From NCBI RefSeq assembly GCF_963853765.1, contig NC_088858.1, positions 30,814,001 to 30,878,000 on the forward strand: a DNA stretch of 64,000 bases, read 5' to 3'. The position numbers and the translations under genes are program-made. Within the stretch, counting starts at the first letter, position 1; each line of letters begins with the position of its first letter. The DNA comes from Magallana gigas. Its lineage: Eukaryota. The notes under the pieces are model-generated. The model ran no database searches. It worked only from the letters and a program-made list of their open reading frames with translations, and was not told the DNA's origin. Below are positions 56,824 to 64,000 of the stretch, in pieces.

Positions 56824-57967
56824 TTACGAGTCCTCACAAATATAGTGAAAAGCCTCATGGCAGTCATTGTCTTTCCATTTATAATGGGAATGTCTGTCCA
56901 AAAGGAGGCAATGTTCGGCATTGTGACTGTTATCTGGCTGTCCATGTACCCAGTTCGTGTAGTTTATGGCTTTGCCATATGGCTCCCATAACCACGTGCC
57001 TTCAGATGTCCAATCAGATCCTCCCAACCAGTAATTGTGTTCTACGAATTTAAGATGCAAAACATCCTCATATAATCAATCTGGAATAAACATACCGGTA
57101 TATTGTCCTTATATTTCTCTTAATTTTATGTCAATTGCAGATTTAGAACAACTCTCATAAATACCATGATGGTGTCCTTGAAGCAAGTTTTGTACAAAAG
57201 TTTGCTCTTCAGCAGATTCTACCCAAACTAGATAGCTCCCATGTATCTCACACATTCTCTTCATTAGTCAGGAGATGAAAATAACATAAAGACAATAAAG
57301 CAATAAATGCAGTAGCAAAGAATGTAAATCAAATAATATACAAGTTAATTATGAGTATTGCCAAAATAAATATCATGAACTCTTAACAATTTTTAAATTA
57401 GATCATAAAGAATAAATTACAGAAAGTTTCAGATAAAAAAGAATAACACAATGATAGATAAATGCGATTATCATCTTTAAATCAACTAAAAGAATACGGT
57501 ACAACAAAACATTAAGGGTGCATGCAAGGTTAGTTCAATTGTGTACATGTTTCCTGTAATATTTCAAGAAAAACCCTTATGGTCCACTAAAATGTTGATG
57601 CAACTCCATGATCAACTTAAGTCTTTGAACATTTATTAAAGAAATAAGAATTTTAACAAAAGCTAAGAACCCCCCTCCCCCCACAGCCAGTTTGTTTCTT
57701 TAAACAAAATCCAATATGAATCATACCGTGGCCTCTACCCAGGACGCCGTATCACGGCTGACGTGGTAACAAGAATTCTTGTTCACCGTCCAACCATTCT
57801 GACAGCCCGCAGCTAATTATCATGAAAAAAAATATTCGAATCATATTTCACAGTTTTAAGCAACTAAAGATTCAGTTCGGATATACATGTAGGGGAATGA
57901 CATTGAGCCCAAAATAGGCAAACTCACCAAGAGAAGCAAGGAGGACAAGGCCAAGACCCTTTTCCAT
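56824..57967 (-). CDS. Secreted single-CRD C-type lectin, perlucin-like (copy 2, QPD/WKD)
   Basis: Exons 57967-57928, 57812-57727, 57258-57165 and 57041-56824 (phases 1,0,1), homologous exon for exon to copy 1. The exon-3 acceptor (ctaatgaag) is weak. Confidence 0.88.
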
Positions 57968-58162
57968 GGTAATCTTGATGACAACAGCCACGCCAAAGAA
58001 ATTCACGATGACCGATCACTGATAACGGACAATTGGTTATGAAAATGTTGAACCGTACAGGTATATAGGTGTGTAGACAAATCTGTGTCAATGAGTGCTC
58101 CTCGTCTTTAAAACGAACATATACCGTATTGTTTCTAAAGAAAAGCCAATACGTCTGATTAA

Positions 58163-58915
58163 GGAGGCCGATTTGGGTTTTTTTGCGGAAAAACTACAAT
58201 AGCATAACTCTTTATTTTTTAACCATATGTAATTTAAACCAACTCTAGTTTATTTGCGAAGGTTCATGAAAATCGACCGTCTGGTTCTTTTTAGGGACCA
58301 TCTCAAAATAGAGGTACATTTACTATAGGAATATATAGTAAACTGCATTTTCCGCACATCAAAGCAGTTTTAAAAAAAATACTACAATAGCTTTTTTTCT
58401 CAAATTGTTATATATGATTAGTAATAGCTTTTCCAACCTTATATGTAAAAAACACAAAATTCTACCGTCTAGTTTTTAGTGGGGGCCATCTCAAAATATT
58501 AAAATGCACCAAATTTTGCTATATATTTGGATCATCACGAATGATGATTGGTATAATGGATTCATTCCAAAAATGAGGAAAATGTCCTCGAGGATAGCAT
58601 CATTCTGTATATAAAATTTCAACAGCGTACAATTTTTACCTTTTCTTTTATGTTATTTCTTATAACGTACTCCTGCAAAGCTTCATTTTATCATAACGTC
58701 ATAAAAGCGCAATGGCAATGCTCCCCTACCGCACAACGTAAAAACCGTGTTAAAAATAAAAATTTCATTTAACAATCTAAATATTTTTATCTGTATTTTG
58801 TTTATTGTGTTCAATTTTATAAATGATATCGAAAAAAATTCATAAGAAGTATAAATCAACTGTATTATATTAGAATGCGCAAAAACATGCGCAATGCAAA
58901 CTAAAGTCGGCCTCC
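58163..58915. mobile_element. 753-bp TTAA-flanked Kolobok-like non-autonomous element
   Basis: TTAA|GGAGGCCGATTT ... AAAGTCGGCCTCC|TTAA. Purine-purine 5' termini with a TTAA TSD point to Kolobok rather than piggyBac. Confidence 0.8.
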
Positions 58916-59612
58916 TTAAATGCGAACACAAATTTTTCTTTTATCCATCTTTAAAAACGCCGAGTTTATCTTATTTTTTCCGTGCATAATCGCCCATGTG
59001 AGTATAAGTAGAATTTGTTAAAATTTGTAAAATCAAGTTTTAAACACCTGATTAAAAACTGGATTGTTATTTTCACTTTCGATTTTTATTATGTTTTGAT
59101 ATTTCAGCGCAAGTAATTGTTCAGATGCTATTGATTCAGTATCCAATGTATTTTTGTCAAGCTTGACGTTCTACCACAAATCTCCATTCCTTGCTTTCTT
59201 TCATTGGAATAAATCTAACCTGTGACTCCGTAAAATATGACTTTAAAACACTTCAATTACTTGATTTATTTGCAATTTACAAACATATCATGTTTAGCCC
59301 AATGCTGGATTTCCGACTTTATTGCTGTGAATGATACACCATAAGATGGAAGATTACAATTAAATAAACATTACAGTTTTTAAAATGATACATAATGAAA
59401 ATCGTTTAAGAATTAATGTCTCAGCGTTATTTGAAATTAAAACAAAACCAGTCTGAACGATCAAAGACTACTCATTGCATTAGTCAATTTCTCACCGTAC
59501 CAGAAACCTATATAAAATATCATACTCGATTAAAATTTGCTGTCTGATACGCATACAGGTCGATTTCGAACTACACATGTGCTTACTTAAGATTAAGAAT
59601 ACGGTCATATAT

Positions 59613-59619
<7 letters not shown>

Positions 59620-59688
<69 letters not shown>
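59620..59688. repeat. (TA)n microsatellite
   Basis: Direct read. Confidence 0.95.
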
Positions 59689-59692
<4 letters not shown>

Positions 59693-60111
59693 TCCAATGT
59701 GATTTGTAAATGTCTTTTGAAACTTAAACCCACATACTATGCGAATGCTGCAAAAATATACGTTTTCTGGGGGTTTACGAATATTAATTTAAGATATGCT
59801 TTTGTAGCAAGTTGGTTTATCAAGTGTCATTTGAATATGACATATGAGCGAGTTGATTCAGATGTTCCAAGAGCGCTAACGTATCAAAACAGCTGATTTT
59901 ACACAAATTGACCGTGTGACCAAAGTATTATTGTAAAAATAATTGGATGTTTGTTTCGAATCTTTTTGTGTGTCTTGTAAGAGTTTGTTGCTAACATGCA
60001 CTCAGTGATAGTTTGGGATATATATATTTATAAACCATACCAAGAACAATTAAAATTTAATTTCACGGCAAAACAAAACTTTAGTTAGAAACAACGAAAA
60101 AAGAAAAGAAC

Positions 60112-62142
60112 TTACGAAGTTTCGCAAATATAAGAATAACGATGGTCACATGGTTTGTCATTCCAACGGTAATGAGCAGATTGTTCTTTTCTCACACAAT
60201 TTTCATCATCACCATAGTTGTCAGGTTCATGGTGATCAAAATTGGAGTATTGAAACAAGTCTCCTTCCGGTTCCCATACCCACACTCCTTCTACATTCCA
60301 ATCGGAACCGCCTAACCACAGCTCCTTCACTACAATTTATTACTTAATATGTTATCATGTTATAAAAGACCTACTATTAATTGCTAACGATAAATTCGAT
60401 ATTACCAAAAAAATATTCTGAGTGATAATTTCTATATATTCTAAATGAGTATCTATACTAATAAATTAAAACATTTGGCAAAGAAACTACAAAATGCCTG
60501 CACCAGAGTAACTGCTTACACCTTTGGTATTTTAAAAAATGCGTGATGATATCCGCAAGCTATATCCGTTAAACTAATCAGTAATTTTTGTGAAATTTAT
60601 CAAAGACCTACTTTCACTTTCGATAAAAAGCCCAAAATAGCAAAAATGTAAGTAAGGTTGTAGACAAGCTTTGGCGGATCCAAGTCATGGATAGTTTTTG
60701 CATCAAAATATATATTTGCAATGAAATAATATTGAACGATTACATAAAGAGTGAATATGTTTACTGTAAGCCTATTTAGAGAAAACATAGAAGTTAGGGT
60801 TTAACAAATGTTGAATAAATAAAATAACCTATTCGTTTCTTTAGTGGGTGATTTTAGTTTTGAAATACATTCGCTTGAGAACTTTCCAGAACGGGGTAAC
60901 CAAGAACGCAGGTTGACTAATTAACGAAAAGTGTAGGTTCATGATGCATCGCCGGCAGATACCTCGGATCGGACTTCGACTAATACAAAAAGTTGATAAA
61001 TAAAATGGAACAATTAATGCGATTTTTGTATAAATGGAAAGAAATTTCCAAAATGGGATGCCCAGAAACGGGTTGACTAATTGACATCATGGCGAAAAGA
61101 GTAGGGCGAGTTAACCATCGGCCAGATACTTTGAATCTGACAACTTTGGTTTAAAATATGCATTCCAATAGATAATAAAAGCAACCGACCGTAGCTTTCT
61201 AGACTTGTATAAATATACCCCAGTGGCATTTGTGGAGCGATCGAAACTTATATGGCGACCAAAGGCTTCTATAAGGTAATGCCAGTTTTAACGTACGACA
61301 ATCGGCGCATGACGCACAATGACGAACGGAAACGGACTGCAATAGGTCATCTGAGCTACTCAGAAGACCTTAAACTCAAATATTTAGCAAAAATGTTAAT
61401 AATACCCACCTCCATTAGTTATCATTTGATTGGTTATAAATGTATCCTCACTGGCACTGTTAATGTGAACCAAGTATGCACCATGTATCTCGCACATTTT
61501 CTAGGTACAAAAAATAAAGAAATAATTTAATAAAGATAAACACACCTTCATAGTTCTGAATTTGTTATTTGATCTTCACTTTAAAATTAATATATTAAAT
61601 TGGAGTTCGTTACAAACACTGATTCAATTGATAAAACATTAAACACATATGCAAATTATCATTTAAAAAAGCTGTAGTTATGCCAAACCCATAGGGAGTA
61701 AAATGAATAAGAAAAATATGATATAAGAAGGACAATTTGAGTGGATACAGATGGATAAAATGTATACTTTTTTAAATTAATAAGAAAATGATTGATTTAT
61801 TTTGAAGTAGAAATATTTAAACGATCGTATGGCACTGACCATGCTATCCACCCACGATTCTTCCTCTATTGATAAATGATAGCAAGACGTGTTGAAAGTA
61901 GTCCATCCGGGGGGACACCCAAAAGCTGCAATGTAAAGATTTACCTTTTTCACGATGCGTGAATGATTTGTAGAAATTAAACATTTGAATTATTTTAAGA
62001 GAAGCGCGAGGGGTAAACAATTACAAAATTACTAGTAAAAGAAAGAAAAAAAGACTTGATAAAGAAAAGAAAGAAAAAATGAGTCGAACAGATTCTTACC
62101 TATATCAAGAAGGAAAAGAATACACCCAATGATCAAAGTCAT
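60112..62142 (-). CDS. Secreted single-CRD C-type lectin, perlucin-like (copy 3, EPD/WND)
   Basis: Exons 62142-62100, 61925-61840, 61500-61410 and 60329-60112 (phases 1,0,1). Protein MTLIIGCILFLLDIAFGCPPGW...SCY...MCEIHGAYLV...LWLGGSD...EPDN...ENC...WNDKPC...YICE. Confidence 0.9.
60850..61375 (-). mobile_element. Degraded HINE/Helentron-like repeat in a lectin-3 intron with two diverged units of about 160 bp
   Basis: Repeats at about 60882 and 61046 (tttcca...ggttgactaatt...cgaaaag.gtagg...cagatac) and a terminal caataggtcatctgagctactcagaagacct. 60882-60923 also matches 30017-30060 in reverse. Confidence 0.45.
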
Positions 62143-63291
62143 ACTAAATCCAGTTGTCTGAGATACTATCAGACTAGTCATGCTGGTACATATGTGTATG
62201 CATTGAGGTTCTATAAAAATGCCCTTTGGTCGTGGTCACTTAGTTCTATAGATAACAAAATCTTTGCATTTACAGCGCATGCTTGGAGCATTGATATATT
62301 TAATGGAAATGTATACAGGTTTTCTAAGTAATGCTCGTAGAGTCTAATGTCACAAATTAAGCTTAGAAGTAATGGTAATGCAATGCATTATATTTCAAAA
62401 TATAGTGTTGGCATTGCTTTGCATTACTTATTTATCCATATTCATTTATAAAATTGGGATGGATTGAAGAACTGAAATTGTACTTCATTAAAAGTTATTT
62501 TAACGATGAAATAAAATATTCTTGAGATGAAAATAGGTAAGTTGTATTATTAAAATAATTAGAAAATCATTTTAAGCTGTAACAAGACAATAGGATTCAA
62601 TTTTCAGGAATATGGTTATTAAGAGTTTTAAATTATCAAAATGATCGCTTTAATCGGTTGGTTGTGCATGCAATAATAGGGCTATAACAACATAATTTGA
62701 TACAACTTTTAAGACTTTCGTTATTAAGAGTTCAAAATTATCAAAATAATGTATGAATCATTAGATTTGAAATTCATAGTGAAAATGGACCTGTAGATAT
62801 GCTTAAGTGTGTTTCATATATATAAACATTTGTAAAAACTATATTTATATACCTATAGTTTGAAAAAAAATATATTGACTTTTCATAAAGTTATGATAAA
62901 GAAAATGCATTAATTTACTCATGTAATTGTAATATAATGCATTACTTTTAAGAAAATTACCTTATGTTTATAGTGATTTGATGCCCAAATTCAAGTAATG
63001 GTAATGTAATACATTTTAAACAATGTCATTTTCTCAAACCTGATATAGTGATGTATATTTCTTGTTGTGTCTGTATTTGTTTACTTCTCAAAATAAGTAT
63101 GGTATTTTTGTGAAGAGAATATGTAATTGTAAATATCACTAGAATAATATAAAAATAATATGTAAAATTGTTAAGTCGCAGAATGTTTTGAGTTGAGAAT
63201 ATACCTCGTTTGCAAGGCTAAATAAAAGATATATAAGACAAATAAAAGATAGTTTTCCCTTCATATGAAATATACAAAATTGTACTATTAA

Positions 63292-63739
63292 GGTCAGACG
63301 ACACGTTCCTCAAAAATCTTTTTTGTATCTCCTCGTAGTTAAGAGTTCCAATAAAAATATTAATTTTATAATTACTTTAAATATGATCAAATTTTACTTG
63401 GATTTCGTTATACATGTATGTCTAGATGGTGGAGTCGTTAGAACCGTGGCCGCTCACTGCCAAAAGCGTAAAGGTTCTAGAGGTTGTGAGTTCAAAGCCC
63501 CGCCCCGGCGGATATATTGTTCTAATAATTACACTGTGCTGTAGATGTTTTTATTTTTATATCAGCAAAAAAATTGTAATTTTCAGAAGATTATATAGGA
63601 TATTGCATACTCTAGTATTTTGCAGAAATGCCTGGTACGGTACCCTAAATTTTTGCAAGAAAGCTTGTCAAAGTAGTAGTAAACCATTAACAAATTCCTG
63701 GATAAAGTTATCTAAAATTGAGGAACGTGTTGTCTGACC
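63292..63739. mobile_element. TTAA/TTTA-flanked Kolobok-like non-autonomous element containing a tRNA-like segment
   Basis: TTAA|GGTCAGACGACACGTTCCTC ... GAGGAACGTGTTGTCTGACC|TTTA. Internal A-box-like TGGTGGAGTCGTT (63427) and B-box-like GAGTTCAAAGC (63488). Confidence 0.75.
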
Positions 63740-64000
63740 TTTAGTAGATATAGCTTAGAGATTCTGTAATATGTTTCTACAAATGCATCATTCGCATATT
63801 ATGTCATATATGTACATATGTTGTGGAATGAAAAATCCAATTAAAAACAAAGATATGTATTACAAATAAAAGATCATTTTCCCCGGCAAAGTTCCGGGCA
63901 CTTTATTTTTATCAGCGATAGTAGGATGGTTACCATGTTAGAAAACACATATATGTAAAGTGTAAAACGGTATATCAAATTGTGTTGGCATGTGTGCAAT

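Noticed and set aside
63420-63512. Functional tRNA gene
   Set aside because: The acceptor and anticodon stems do not pair properly, and it sits inside a TIR element. It is treated as a tRNA-derived fragment.

Overview
AT-rich eukaryotic genomic DNA with GT-AG introns. By inference it comes from an oyster-like bivalve mollusc, based on the gene families present and oyster-type Helentron, MITE and TTAA repeats. Nine protein-coding genes were reconstructed by hand from splice sites and reading phase. These are: a minus-strand disordered Ser/Pro-rich protein (about 511 aa) head-to-head with a plus-strand coiled-coil plus death-domain protein (333 aa) across a compact bidirectional promoter; a complete 9-coding-exon RAD51 (338 aa); a two-exon IL-17-family cytokine with a kB/ETS/TATA promoter; two intronless, divergent Cys-loop (nAChR-like) channel subunits that have lost most ACh-binding residues; and three tandem 4-exon perlucin-like C-type lectins (QPD, QPD, EPD motifs). 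The intergenic and intronic DNA holds many non-autonomous DNA transposons, foldback hairpins, microsatellites and an apparently exact 734-bp tandem duplication. I found no rRNA, intact tRNA, CRISPR array or autonomous transposase. The best leads are the non-canonical intronless channels (possible chemosensors), the coiled-coil/death-domain protein, an X-box-flanked internal promoter with a possible 43-aa peptide, and a splice donor overlapping the stop codon in all three lectins. Most short ORFs in the supplied track are spurious. All product names come from motif recognition, not database searches.
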